Origin: an uncultured cyanobacterium
Lineage (GTDB): Bacteria > Cyanobacteriota > Cyanobacteriia > Cyanobacteriales > CAWCAG01
DNA: 64,000 nucleotides
Assembly (NCBI GenBank): GCA_963803805.1
Contig: CAWDOD010000011.1
Coordinates: 672,001-736,000 of the forward strand
Reading direction: 5' to 3'
Shown one piece after another: positions 9,942-20,486 of this stretch. The position numbers and the translations under genes were made by a program. Position 1 is the first letter of the stretch, and every line of letters starts with the position of its first letter. Under the pieces are notes generated by a model. That model was given only the letters and a program-made list of their open reading frames with translations. It was not told where the DNA came from and ran no database searches.

Positions 9942-11312
9942 ATGACGTGTGAGGAGAAAAGATTGATGCTTTATAGTGCAGTACGCCCCTTGTTAGTGTT
10001 GTTAGGAGCTAGTTCTGCTAATTTTTTGTTCGCTAATGTAAGTTGGGGGCAATCTTCTGTTACAGAAGAAGTAATCACCGCAATTTTAGAAGCCCCGGAT
10101 CTCCAAGAATCAACCCAACCCCATTACGGTACATTTGTCGATGAGGCGGGACACCCTTTAGAAACGAAAATAGAATTTACCCAAAGGGGTGTTGACGGAA
10201 TCGAAAAGGATAAATCGGTTTCTTTTTATTTTGGACCAAAACAGCCTATACCCACTGTCTTACAAGGGCCTACCCGTCCCCATGTTGTTGAAGCAGCTAA
10301 TAATGTTGAAGGGGGTTTTAATGTTGTTGTTGGTTCCCAAGTAAAGCTTAGTGAAAATCAGTCTGTTCAAGCAGAAATACGGGGTGGTAGTGCAGTATTA
10401 GGTGCTGATGTTAGTTATACCCAAACCTTTGATTCTCCCCAAGAAGGTGTTAGTGCTAATATTTTCAACCAACGTTCCTTTTCTCCTAGTTTTGAAGAAG
10501 GAGAACAAGATGTTAATTTACCCAATGGAGATACTCCTTGGATACATCGTTTAGGAGGCGGTGTAGAATATTTCGCCCCGGTTAGCGAAGAAATTGATGG
10601 GGCAGTGGGCATAAACTACCAGCGAGTTTCAGCTAGGGATGGGGTATTTAGTTCCGATCTTCAACCTGTGGATGAGTTTGGCAACCAGCTTACGGTTAGT
10701 AATAATGGGCAAGAAGATTTACTAACCCTCAACTTAGCTAGCGAATACGATACCCGTAACCGTGAGACGGATACCACAGAAGGTACAAGGATTAGGTTAG
10801 GGTTGGATCAGGCTGTTCCTATCGGCGATGCTAGTATTGATTTTACTCGTCTCAAAGCTAACTATACCCAATATATTCCTGTCTCTCTTTTTGGTTTTCA
10901 AGAAGGGCCACGCACTTTAGTTATTAACCTTCAAGGAGGGCATATGTTTGGGGATGTACCTGCCTACGAAGCCTTCAACCCCACAGCCGCAGGTTTTAAC
11001 GGGGGAGAAATTGCTACTAGTCGCAGTTTTATTCAAGGTAGTGCAGAATATCGTTTCCCAGTCTTTTCTTTCATGGCTTTTGATGAAGATATTGATGTGG
11101 GGGGAATGTTTTTTGTTGACTATGCTGACAGTTTAGGAACTCAAGGAGATGTCATTGGTAAGCCTGGTATCGTTCGTAGTAAACCTGGACAAGGTTTAGG
11201 CTATGGTTTAGGATTTCGGGCTAATTCCCCATTTGGCATCATTCGCATCGAATTTGGTTTAAATGATGATGGTGGTGGCAGGGTTAATGTTGGTATTGGG
11301 GAAAGATTTTAA
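9942..11312 (+). CDS. Omp85/BamA-TamA family outer-membrane barrel protein, apparently without POTRA domains
   Basis: C-terminal AEYRFP, GYGLGFRANSPFGIIRIEFG and terminal GERF beta-signal; N-terminal signal peptide. Confidence 0.8.
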   Translation: MTCEEKRLMLYSAVRPLLVLLGASSANFLFANVSWGQSSVTEEVITAILEAPDLQESTQPHYGTFVDEAGHPLETKIEFTQRGVDGIEKDKSVSFYFGPKQPIPTVLQGPTRPHVVEAANNVEGGFNVVVGSQVKLSENQSVQAEIRGGSAVLGADVSYTQTFDSPQEGVSANIFNQRSFSPSFEEGEQDVNLPNGDTPWIHRLGGGVEYFAPVSEEIDGAVGINYQRVSARDGVFSSDLQPVDEFGNQLTVSNNGQEDLLTLNLASEYDTRNRETDTTEGTRIRLGLDQAVPIGDASIDFTRLKANYTQYIPVSLFGFQEGPRTLVINLQGGHMFGDVPAYEAFNPTAAGFNGGEIATSRSFIQGSAEYRFPVFSFMAFDEDIDVGGMFFVDYADSLGTQGDVIGKPGIVRSKPGQGLGYGLGFRANSPFGIIRIEFGLNDDGGGRVNVGIGERF

Positions 11313-11316
11313 TTTT

Positions 11317-11354
11317 GCTAATGGCTAGTTGCTAATGGCTAGTTGCTAGTTGCT
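11317..11354. repeat. Heptamer tandem repeat (STRR-type, GCTAATG/GCTAGTT)
   Basis: GCTAATG GCTAGTT GCTAATG GCTAGTT GCTAGTT GCT; related tracts near 27726, 29419, 32128, 33047, 50641. Confidence 0.9.
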
Positions 11355-11385
11355 GACAGGGAATATTACTTATTACTTTTCCTCG

Positions 11386-12168
11386 TCAACTATAGCCAAG
11401 GCTGATTGTACCAGGCGATCGCAAAACTTCTACTGCTGCACCAGGAGAGTTGAGGCGTATTCTTAAGTCTCCTTGGGCTGTGACTCCAACCACTACCCCA
11501 GGAAAACCATCTACCACAACCCTGCGTCCTTTACTGCTAAGGATTTGTAAATAGGATGGCAGTATCCTTTCTATACCTATAGCTAAATATTGTTGGTATC
11601 CCCAGATAATGCCGTGGGCTACCACAGCCGCCAAACTCTCTAAGGAAGTAATTTGCGATCGCGGTTGTAGATTAATACCTGTTTCTGGTACAGAATTTTT
11701 CCAGTTAATGCCTACGCCAATTACTACTTGGCTAATGTACCCATTTTGAATGCGAGTTTCGCTGAGAATTCCCCCTAGTTTTTTCTGGTTCAAAAGCAAA
11801 TCATTAGGCCATTTTAGGTTAACAGGGACATCTTTGGTGCGCAAAGTTTGAGCAATGCCCCAAGCTGTACAAAGAGTTAATTGATTACTATTAGTCGCTA
11901 ATAACTGTGTAGATAAAGCTAAAGATAAGTACAAACCTCCCCAAGAAGACTGCCACTGCCTGCCCCACTGACCTTTTCCCGCAGTTTGTTGTCCGGCTAT
12001 AACTACTCTGGGGGCAAGTTTTCCTTCATCTAAGAGTTGCCAAAGTTTTTGGTTGGTAGAAGGGAGAGAGGGAAAATAATCTAAGGGTAAATCAAAAGCT
12101 TCTTCACCCCATAACTTTTGTCGCTTTTGGTGAAAAGTTTGCTTATTAAATTGCACCACGGTTGCCAA
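11386..12168 (-). CDS. birA: Biotin--[acetyl-CoA carboxylase] ligase
   Basis: STN, QTAGKGQWGRQW, LKWPNDL, KKLGGIL motifs. Confidence 0.92.
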   Translation of the reverse strand: MATVVQFNKQTFHQKRQKLWGEEAFDLPLDYFPSLPSTNQKLWQLLDEGKLAPRVVIAGQQTAGKGQWGRQWQSSWGGLYLSLALSTQLLATNSNQLTLCTAWGIAQTLRTKDVPVNLKWPNDLLLNQKKLGGILSETRIQNGYISQVVIGVGINWKNSVPETGINLQPRSQITSLESLAAVVAHGIIWGYQQYLAIGIERILPSYLQILSSKGRRVVVDGFPGVVVGVTAQGDLRIRLNSPGAAVEVLRSPGTISLGYS

Positions 12169-12275
12169 TGATCAGTTATCAATTATCAATTACAAACTAG
12201 AGTTTAAATTGGGTTGCCTGTCTGTTATGGATGTCACGCTATCATTAAGAGCAAATGATCAATGTTTAATGATAA

Positions 12276-13070
12276 ATGGTAAATGACAAAGCTTCTGGTT
12301 GGCAATGGCAGACCTGGCAAGGGCTACCTTATTTAACCTGTGACTTGCTAGAACAATGGCAGCACGGCTTTTTTACTCAGCAGTTTTGCCCTCAGCTTCC
12401 GGAAGAAATAGTTGCTGTTTTTAATCCTCAATACCAAGCTTATCGAGTTAAACAAGTTCATGGTTCGCGAGTGATCACACCATGGGAAATTGAGGCAGCA
12501 CAAAAAGAAGGTTTTGAACTCGCAGAAAACGGTTATCCTCCTGCTGATGCCATTTTCACAGATCAACCCCAACAAGCCGTTTTCGTTGCCAGTGCTGATT
12601 GTACTCCAGTTTTGATTGGTGATCTTAAAAGCAAAAAAGTGGCAGCAATTCATGCTGGTTGGCGGGGGACAGCAAAAAGAATTGTTCCTGAAGCGATCGC
12701 CCGTTTTGTGGTTTCTGGTAGTAAGCTTGAAGATTTACGAATTGCGATGGGGCCAGCTATTGCTGGGCAAGTTTATCAAGTTTCTGAGAAAGTGGCCACA
12801 GAAGTAGGGGCAAGCGTAATTGATTCTCAAGAAACAATTATTACTACTCTCCAACAGTTACCTAATTCTCCCCTATTGCCTGATACTCATCCTGGTAGAG
12901 TTAAACTTGATGTACGACGTATCAATGCCCTGCAACTTGAAGGTTTAGGTATTAATCCAGAACAAGTTGCGATCGCCCCTCATTGTACCTATCAGCAGCC
13001 AGAATATTTTTTCTCTTACCGTCGTAGTAAAGAGAAGAAGGTTCAATGGTCTGGCATTGTGAGTAATTAA
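12276..13070 (+). CDS. pgeF: Peptidoglycan editing factor / YfiH-family protein
   Basis: QVHG, ADCTPV, HAGWRG, FFSYRR motifs. Confidence 0.92.
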   Translation: MVNDKASGWQWQTWQGLPYLTCDLLEQWQHGFFTQQFCPQLPEEIVAVFNPQYQAYRVKQVHGSRVITPWEIEAAQKEGFELAENGYPPADAIFTDQPQQAVFVASADCTPVLIGDLKSKKVAAIHAGWRGTAKRIVPEAIARFVVSGSKLEDLRIAMGPAIAGQVYQVSEKVATEVGASVIDSQETIITTLQQLPNSPLLPDTHPGRVKLDVRRINALQLEGLGINPEQVAIAPHCTYQQPEYFFSYRRSKEKKVQWSGIVSN

Positions 13071-13121
13071 ATTGACAATGGATAAACTACTAGTGAACTT
13101 TACTTCTACAAGTTATTTTTC

Positions 13122-13523
13122 TCAAACTTCTTGGGAAAAGTTACCAGAAGAATGGGTTTTAGAGTCAAGGCTTAAAGGCCCAGCCCCGGCGTAAATAGTC
13201 ATCAACAAGCCGCCAATCAGTGCTAAGTTTTTGAGAAAATTGTTTAGTTCCCCTTCAACACCAGGATTATGAAAAACCAGAGTTGCAGGAATGAGGAAAA
13301 CAATTAATAAAATTGCCCCAATACGAACTTTATAACCCAATACTAAGGATAATCCCCCTAGTAACTGAAAGATAATGGTAAATACCAACAATAATCCAGC
13401 TAAAGGTAAACCTTTACTAGCCATCATTTGTTGAGTGTCTGCGAAACCAAGAATTTTGCCAATTCCAGAGTTTAAGAAAATTATCGCTAAGAAAATACGT
13501 CCGGCTAAAGGAATATAGTTCAT
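13122..13523 (-). CDS. DoxX-family membrane protein
   Basis: GRIFLAIIF...SGIGK, FLKNLALIGGLL, GAGPLSLD. Confidence 0.9.
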   Translation of the reverse strand: MNYIPLAGRIFLAIIFLNSGIGKILGFADTQQMMASKGLPLAGLLLVFTIIFQLLGGLSLVLGYKVRIGAILLIVFLIPATLVFHNPGVEGELNNFLKNLALIGGLLMTIYAGAGPLSLDSKTHSSGNFSQEV

Positions 13524-13811
13524 TTTTTCAAGTTATTTAATGATTACTTCAAGACAACAGCATAGCCTTAGATTTAAAGTTTTAGAGGAAATTGCCGTCT
13601 TTGACTAGGAACCATGAATGCTATGCTGTTTGAGCTGAGGTTAGTAAGAAAAGAACAGACAAATTAGATTTTGCACAATCACCTACCGAATTTTTAACTT
13701 ATTTATCTACTACTTAACAATTGAGATCCTCCTTTAGAAGGAATCTATTATGTAACCTCAGTAATAAAAATATGGTGGTGTAATCTAGAAACTTTCGACC
13801 TAACGAGTATA

Positions 13812-14771
13812 ATGTCAGTTAACAAAGTGCAACCGAAATTAATTATTCATGGTGGAGCAGGAAGCTCCTTAAAAGATCAAAAAGGGATTCAAGCTATACG
13901 TGAAGTGCTTCACGGCATAGTTAAACAAATTTATACAGCTCTATCAAATAATATTAGCGCGACTGAGGCAGTAATTTTAGGTTGTCAGTTATTAGAAGAT
14001 AATTCTCGTTTTAATGCTGGAACAGGTTCTGTTTTGCAATCTGATGGGCAAATTCGCATGAGTGCAGCTTTAATGGAAGGGTCTACCCAGCGTTTTAGTG
14101 GCGTAATTAACGTCTCTCGCGTACAACATCCTATTGATTTAGCCTCTGCTTTGCAAAGAGAAACTGACCGCATTCTCTCTGATTTTGGTGCAGCAGAACT
14201 ATCACGAGAACTAAATTTACCCTTATATGATCCCTTAACGGATCTACGCTTGCAAGAATGGATGCAAGAAAGGCGAAATAATTTCCAAAGGGCCATGGCT
14301 GGAGTAGTGGCAGAAACTGAATTAGCCTCCCCTAGCGAAGCAAGACGGGGAACTATTGGTGTTGTTGCCCTTGATTGTTTAGGCAACTTGGCAGTGGGTA
14401 CTTCCACAGGGGGTAAAGGATTAGAACGTATTGGTAGAGTAAGCGACTCCGCTATGCCAGCAGGGAACTATGCTACAAGTAAAGCTGCGGTTAGTTGTAC
14501 TGGAATTGGTGAAGACATTATTGATGAATGTTTAGCAGCGAAGGTGGTAATTAGAGTCAGCGATGGTATGTCTTTAGAAAAGGCGATGGAACGTTCTTTT
14601 ACAGAATGCCAAGAGAATCAAAGAGATTTGGGGGCGATATCCATAGAAGCTGACGGCACAATATCTTGGGGTAAAACTAGTGAGGTTTTGCTAGCTGCTT
14701 ACCATAACGGTGAAGATATTGGTGATACTTTGGAATGGGATGGTAATGGTGGCTTAGTTGGTACTGTTTAA
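13812..14771 (+). CDS. Isoaspartyl peptidase / plant-type L-asparaginase
   Basis: IIHGGAG, FNAGTGS, GTIGVVA (Thr nucleophile), TSTGG, GRVSDS. Confidence 0.92.
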   Translation: MSVNKVQPKLIIHGGAGSSLKDQKGIQAIREVLHGIVKQIYTALSNNISATEAVILGCQLLEDNSRFNAGTGSVLQSDGQIRMSAALMEGSTQRFSGVINVSRVQHPIDLASALQRETDRILSDFGAAELSRELNLPLYDPLTDLRLQEWMQERRNNFQRAMAGVVAETELASPSEARRGTIGVVALDCLGNLAVGTSTGGKGLERIGRVSDSAMPAGNYATSKAAVSCTGIGEDIIDECLAAKVVIRVSDGMSLEKAMERSFTECQENQRDLGAISIEADGTISWGKTSEVLLAAYHNGEDIGDTLEWDGNGGLVGTV

Positions 14772-14828
14772 GTGAACAAAAATGCGATTAATGACGTTAA
14801 AGTAATAAAAACCTAAAATCCTCAACTC

Positions 14829-15671
14829 ATGAAGGACCGACTTTTTAGAACAGTTGTTTTATTTATTGTTCTCACTGTTTTATTCGCCATTCTAGAGCGT
14901 TTTTGGCCAAGTATTCCCAATCAGCGTAAATGGAGACAGGGCTTTGGTGTAGATACCTTATATTGGTTCGTCACCCCCCTGATTAGCCAAATTTTAAGTA
15001 TGGCTTCCATTGCCCTAATTTTAGTACCATTTTATCTTGTACTAGGACGCTCCCTCGCTTGGGAAGATGTACTTGTAGGCTATGGTTCCTTTGCGGAAAT
15101 GCCCCTTTGGGGTCAAGGTTTAATCGCCATTGTTGTGGGAGATTTTATTGGTTACTGGACTCACCGTTGGCATCATACTAGTCAACTTTGGGATTACCAC
15201 GCAGTTCACCATAGTTCTAAAACCCTAGATTGGCTTTCGGCTGTACGTTTGCATCCTGTTAATGATGTGATTTCGCGAGTGATGCAGGCTTCTCCCCTTT
15301 TGCTTTTAGGAATGTCGCCTTTAGCTGTAGAACTTTATGTTCCTTTCCTCTCCGCCTATGTGGCCTTAATTCATGCTAACGTTTCTTGGACTTATGGCCC
15401 TTTTCGCTATGTCCTTGCTAGTCCAGCTTATCATCGCTGGCATCATACTAACGACAAGGGAGCAAGAGGGAAAAACTTTGCGGGACTCTTCCCTATTTAT
15501 GATCTGATTTTTGGCACTTTCTATATGCCTCAAGGTAAACAACCAAGCAATTTTGGTATTTCTGGCGAGGCAATGACAGAGAATTTCTTTGATCAATTGC
15601 TGTATCCTTTCCGCAGGTGGAAGTTACTTAGAAAGTTGAGGAGAAGGCAGAAGGCGAAAGCTAGTAGGTAG
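14829..15671 (+). CDS. Sterol desaturase / fatty acid hydroxylase family protein
   Basis: His boxes HRWHH, HAVHHS, HAN, HRWHH. Confidence 0.9.
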   Translation: MKDRLFRTVVLFIVLTVLFAILERFWPSIPNQRKWRQGFGVDTLYWFVTPLISQILSMASIALILVPFYLVLGRSLAWEDVLVGYGSFAEMPLWGQGLIAIVVGDFIGYWTHRWHHTSQLWDYHAVHHSSKTLDWLSAVRLHPVNDVISRVMQASPLLLLGMSPLAVELYVPFLSAYVALIHANVSWTYGPFRYVLASPAYHRWHHTNDKGARGKNFAGLFPIYDLIFGTFYMPQGKQPSNFGISGEAMTENFFDQLLYPFRRWKLLRKLRRRQKAKASR

Positions 15672-15711
15672 GATTATTTTTTCTCCCAAGCCTCCTTAGC
15701 CCCCCAATGCC

Positions 15712-16362
15712 CTAACGCCTTTGTTGCAGCTTACGATAAACCTCTTTAATATCAACGTTATGGTGGGCTAGGGCAACCAGGGTATGATAAAAAAGGTCTG
15801 CTACCTCACTAGCAATCTCTTCTGGTTGGTCATCCTTACAAGCCATGACAACTTCAGCAGATTCTTCCCCTATTTTTTTGAGAATCTTATTATCCCCACC
15901 TTGCAATAACTTGCGGGTATAGGAACCTTCTGTTGGATTATCCCGGCGATCGCAAATTACTTCATACACTTGAGATAAAGTATCAGCCGGAGGTGCTGCT
16001 TTGGTATCTTGGAGCTGGTGAAAGCAGCTACGTTCTCCTTTATGACAAGCAATATCCCCAATTTGCTCTACGGTAACGAGCAAAGCATCGCTATCACAAT
16101 CATACCTGAGTGATCGCACTTTTTGGAGGTGGCCAGAAGTTGCTCCTTTGTGCCATAACTCCTGACGAGAACGACTCCAGAACCAAGTTTCTCCAGTATC
16201 TAAGGTTTTTTGCAGAGATTCTTTATTCATCCAAGCCATCATTAATACCGCACCATCTAAATAGTCTTGCACAATAGCAGGTACTAAACCCTGGTGGTTA
16301 TAACGAATTTTCTCGACGGGAATAGCTTGTTGCCAAGAGTTGGTTTTTGTAGTAGACACCAT
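15712..16362 (-). CDS. hisIE: Bifunctional phosphoribosyl-AMP cyclohydrolase / phosphoribosyl-ATP diphosphatase
   Basis: [40 protein letters not shown]. Confidence 0.96.
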   Translation of the reverse strand: MVSTTKTNSWQQAIPVEKIRYNHQGLVPAIVQDYLDGAVLMMAWMNKESLQKTLDTGETWFWSRSRQELWHKGATSGHLQKVRSLRYDCDSDALLVTVEQIGDIACHKGERSCFHQLQDTKAAPPADTLSQVYEVICDRRDNPTEGSYTRKLLQGGDNKILKKIGEESAEVVMACKDDQPEEIASEVADLFYHTLVALAHHNVDIKEVYRKLQQRR

Positions 16363-16439
16363 AATATTTTTAGTTATAGGAAATTATTATTTATTATTTG
16401 TAGATTAATTTATGGAATTGTTATTTTTGAGGTTTAAAT

Positions 16440-17177
16440 ATGGAAAAGTGGTACAAAAAAGACCTCGCTTATATTCATGATGTTGGTTTTGGGGATTGGG
16501 TTCTTAAATCCGTCCCTAGTATCTTAGAAATTCTCCATCACCAGAAAATTCTAACAGGTTTAGTAGTAGATTTAGGTTGCGGTAGTGGATTGTTAGCACA
16601 GGAATTAGTTAGGGCTGACTATGAAGTTTTGGGTGTTGATATTTCTTCTGCAATAGTTGAAATTGCCCGGCAGAAAGTACCGGAAGTACAATTTCAAGTA
16701 GAATCTCTGTTTAAAGTAGAAATTCCCCCTTGTGAGGCTGTTACTGCCATTGGTGAATGCTTCAATTACCTTTTTGATGCCGACAACAATTTAACCACAC
16801 TAGTTCAACTTTTTACTCGTATCTATAAAGCTTTAACTCCTGGCGGTGTATTGATTTTTGATATTGCTGAACCAGGACAAGTTGCACCAGGAACTAAGAC
16901 TAAATGGTTTACCGAAGGAGAAAATTGGTTAGTTTTAGTAGAAAAGGAAGAAGATACTCAAAAGAATATCTTAACTCGCTACATTAGTTGTTTTTGTAAA
17001 GAAGGAGAATTATATAGGCGAGATAATGAAGTGCATTTCTTGCAATTGTATAAAGCAAAGGAATTAATTGAAGAACTTCATAAGATTGGTTTCAAAGTTG
17101 AAGTTAAGGATAGTTATGGCTTTTTTAAGTTACCCAAAGCTCATCAAGTTCTCATTGCTTATAAACCAAAACCCTAA
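16440..17177 (+). CDS. Class I SAM-dependent methyltransferase
   Basis: VVDLGCGSG motif I, GVDIS, LTPGGVLIFD. Confidence 0.9.
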   Translation: MEKWYKKDLAYIHDVGFGDWVLKSVPSILEILHHQKILTGLVVDLGCGSGLLAQELVRADYEVLGVDISSAIVEIARQKVPEVQFQVESLFKVEIPPCEAVTAIGECFNYLFDADNNLTTLVQLFTRIYKALTPGGVLIFDIAEPGQVAPGTKTKWFTEGENWLVLVEKEEDTQKNILTRYISCFCKEGELYRRDNEVHFLQLYKAKELIEELHKIGFKVEVKDSYGFFKLPKAHQVLIAYKPKP

Positions 17178-17250
17178 CTAACATGACTCTGAATAATAAG
17201 AACCTTTTTTAAGTAAAGAGAGGTTATAGCCCTGAAACTGTAAGAACATT

Positions 17251-18117
17251 TTACAAATCATCTTCAGAAATCATCGTCGCAAAACCAACAAAAGGTTGGT
17301 CTGCGATCGCACCATTTTCTACTTCTCGTAAAATACTTTGCCAATCCTCTCTAGCTGAGGAGTTAGGGTTCGCCTCTAATAATTTTGCCAAACTATTCAA
17401 AGCTGAATACCAAACACCTTCCTCTGCAAAAGAAACAGGTTGTTTAGATAATGGCTGTTGTTTAATTCCAGTAACTTCTGGGCTTTCGTCTAATCTAATT
17501 AGTCCAGAAAAATGGGGATTTCTGGCTAGATCGGTATCTGCTGGATTACAAAAAACCATGATTTGCCAGACATAATTCTTACCTGGTTCTAATTTAGCAG
17601 CCTGTTCACTTTCCGGAATCTTAACTCCAACTATACCTGGTTTTTCGGGTAACTCAAAATAACCGAAAAACACCTCTTCAGTTTCTCTTTTACCTTTCTC
17701 ATCAACAGCCACAATTTCTTTTAATAACAAACTTGCTTTCATCTTAGGATTATTGGCATCCTGAGACTGACTAGGTACATTAAAAAATACCGTTGTCATT
17801 GGTTCTACTGTGACAGGGATATCTTCATCTTTAGCAACTTGACCTTGTGCTTCTGGATCTGGTGGTAGTAGAGAGGTTACTTTTGCATCAGGAGCAAGAC
17901 AACCACCACGTCTGGCCCCTGGTCTTCTTCTGCCCCCAACTCTGTAGCGACTTCTACGGCGAAATGTTAATCTTGCTAATAATAAATCTGATGGCTGGTC
18001 TAACCTGGTAGTGGATAGACTAGATGGTGAATATGCTAATGTCGGTAAACTGCTGCCCATCGTCAAAAAGACAGCTAAAAGTAAAGTGAGTTTGTGTATG
18101 TGCAAAAAAGACTTCAT
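17251..18117 (-). CDS. DUF928 domain-containing secreted protein
   Basis: Signal peptide, GARRGGC, LEPGKNYVW, GVWYSAL, DWQSIL motifs. Confidence 0.8.
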   Translation of the reverse strand: MKSFLHIHKLTLLLAVFLTMGSSLPTLAYSPSSLSTTRLDQPSDLLLARLTFRRRSRYRVGGRRRPGARRGGCLAPDAKVTSLLPPDPEAQGQVAKDEDIPVTVEPMTTVFFNVPSQSQDANNPKMKASLLLKEIVAVDEKGKRETEEVFFGYFELPEKPGIVGVKIPESEQAAKLEPGKNYVWQIMVFCNPADTDLARNPHFSGLIRLDESPEVTGIKQQPLSKQPVSFAEEGVWYSALNSLAKLLEANPNSSAREDWQSILREVENGAIADQPFVGFATMISEDDL

Positions 18118-18366
18118 TGCCTAATTCCTCTAATGCAGATTGCTTAAGTTTTAATTTTAATATTTTGCTTTAGCTTTTGAGACTACCAATTTTCAAAGGG
18201 AGTTTCCGCAAATTCACAGGAATTATTTTTTTTGTTTAATATAATCAACTTTCAATTATCTAAGTAAAATGCAAAGACGACCTCTTACTTTCTAGTAAAA
18301 AAGAAGAGTTGGGTCGCCTTTGTCCTTATCTTTAAATAAGTTGCTTACCTCTCAAACAACTTTGCT

Positions 18367-18906
18367 TTATCGGTCAATACTAATAATCCAACTACCAAGA
18401 TAAAGAGGTAAAGGAACATCATCAGGTGCTAAAGCCCCAGCATGGAAATAGTAAGTACCACCGAAGAAAGGATTCCTAACATTGTGAAGTACCGCTTCTA
18501 AACCAGTATCAGCAGGTATAGCTTCTTCTAACTCGAAGCGAATTTGGTAATTTTCTTTATCCCACTGCATACTTTTTAGAGGCAAGGTTTCACCGTTAGC
18601 ACGAATTTCCATTTTGCCTTCCCTGTCATCAAACTTACCGTTATAGTAATCGGGATATTTAATGATCAACGTTTTAATAGGCTTTTTAACTTTCTTGGCT
18701 GCGATCCTTAACTTGTATCTGTCAAAGTTGTTAGGTTGTCCCCCAAAATCTAAGTGATAGCTGAGGATATCAGGTCTTTCAATGCCACTGAAAAGAGTTA
18801 CGCCACCATCAGCCTTGACTAGAGTAGGAATACCCGCACCAACCAAACAACTCGTTACAGCCAAAACAGAAAGGATAATTCGTTTAGTAAGTTTTTTAGT
18901 AAACAT
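18367..18906 (-). CDS. DUF2808 domain-containing protein
   Basis: Signal peptide; YPDYYNGKFD, NVRNPFFGGTYYF, YLGSWIISI. Confidence 0.8.
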   Translation of the reverse strand: MFTKKLTKRIILSVLAVTSCLVGAGIPTLVKADGGVTLFSGIERPDILSYHLDFGGQPNNFDRYKLRIAAKKVKKPIKTLIIKYPDYYNGKFDDREGKMEIRANGETLPLKSMQWDKENYQIRFELEEAIPADTGLEAVLHNVRNPFFGGTYYFHAGALAPDDVPLPLYLGSWIISIDR

Positions 18907-19211
18907 CTTTTAGCTCTAGATAGGTTAATATTTGCAACAAAGTAACTAATCTTTACTCTTCGTAGACTTTAGCATCTCTAAAGCCTTAGTTGTATTAATC
19001 GACGTTAACAAAACTTGAAAGTGCCAGCAGAAATTCACGGGCAAAACTATAAGACAAGTTAAAGAACATTATAGAAAACTGGGGATCAGCCTAAGATGCC
19101 AATAGTAAGTAGAGAAGGTGAGAAATCAAAATCAGGATTGACATAAAAACCTAAATATGTTCGGCTTTGGCCTATACTTTTGATCTTAAACCAGTTAATT
19201 AAGGAGAGTTC

Positions 19212-20351
19212 ATGAAAATAGCGGTTGCCAAAGAAATTGAAGTTGGTGAACGTCGAGTAGCCTTAATTCCAGATACCGTAGCTAAACTAACTAAAAAAGG
19301 TTGGGAAATTTGGGTAGAAAAGGGCGCAGGAGAAGCTTCTTTATTTGAAGATGAAGCTTATCAAGAGGCTGGAGCTAAATTAGTTTCTGATACTATGGCT
19401 CTTTGGACAGAAGCAGATATTATCCTTAAAGTAGCTTCCCCCAAAGATGAAGAAATTGAACGCTTATCCCAAGGGCAAACCTTAATCAGTTTACTTAACC
19501 CTTTAGGAAAACCAGAACAAGTTAAAAAGTTGGCCGACAAGAAAGTAACCACTTTTGCGATGGAGTTGATTCCTCGTACTAGTCGCGCCCAAAGCATGGA
19601 TGTTCTTTCTTCTCAAGCTGGGGTAGCTGGTTACAAGGCGGTTTTAATTGCTGCTGCGGCACTACCAAAATTTTTTCCGATGCTTACTACTGCCGCCGGC
19701 ACTATTCGTCCGGCGAAAGTATTTATCATTGGGGCTGGGGTAGCTGGATTACAAGCGATCGCCACAGCCAGAAGATTAGGGGCAATGGTAGAAGCTTTTG
19801 ATATTCGCCCTGCGGTTAAAGAAGAAGTACAAAGCTTAGGGGCGAAGTTTGTAGAGGTTAAGTTAGAGGAAGATACCGTAGCTGAAGGTGGTTACGCGAA
19901 AGAAGTTTCTGACGACTCCAAAAAACGTTCTCAAGAATTAATCGCTGAAAGTGTCAAAAATGCTGATGTGGTAATTACCACTGCCCAAGTACCTGGCAGA
20001 AAAGCTCCTATTTTAGTCACAGAATCTATGGTAGCTAATATGAAACCAGGGGCAGTAATCGTTGATCTAGCTGGGGAACAAGGGGGAAATTGTGAGTTAA
20101 CCGAAGCCGGTAAAGATGTTCAACATTATGGCGTAACTATAATTGGACCTATCAACTTACCTTCTTCTGTACCTGTTCACGCTAGCCAGATGTATGCCAA
20201 AAATATCTCAACTTTGCTAGAGTTCCTAATTAAAGAAAGTGAATTGCAACTAGATTTTGCAGACAATATTACTGATAGCACCTGCCTCACCTACGACGGC
20301 GAAATACGTAACGAAAGAGTTAAAGGTGCTTTAGAAGTTGCCGTAGGGTAG
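19212..20351 (+). CDS. pntA: NAD(P) transhydrogenase subunit alpha, domain I
   Basis: ERRVAL, RAQSMDVLSSQ, IGAGVAGLQAI, GGYAKE. Confidence 0.96.
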   Translation: MKIAVAKEIEVGERRVALIPDTVAKLTKKGWEIWVEKGAGEASLFEDEAYQEAGAKLVSDTMALWTEADIILKVASPKDEEIERLSQGQTLISLLNPLGKPEQVKKLADKKVTTFAMELIPRTSRAQSMDVLSSQAGVAGYKAVLIAAAALPKFFPMLTTAAGTIRPAKVFIIGAGVAGLQAIATARRLGAMVEAFDIRPAVKEEVQSLGAKFVEVKLEEDTVAEGGYAKEVSDDSKKRSQELIAESVKNADVVITTAQVPGRKAPILVTESMVANMKPGAVIVDLAGEQGGNCELTEAGKDVQHYGVTIIGPINLPSSVPVHASQMYAKNISTLLEFLIKESELQLDFADNITDSTCLTYDGEIRNERVKGALEVAVG

Positions 20352-20486
20352 TGTCAATTTTTAATTGGCGGGTATTAAGGATATCTTTCACACTTTAATC
20401 TGAATACAGCAAGAAACAAGTACTAAAACATTAGCAAAACTTTTGCCTCGTCCTCTAAAAATCTCCAATCTATAATCAAGTACAAA

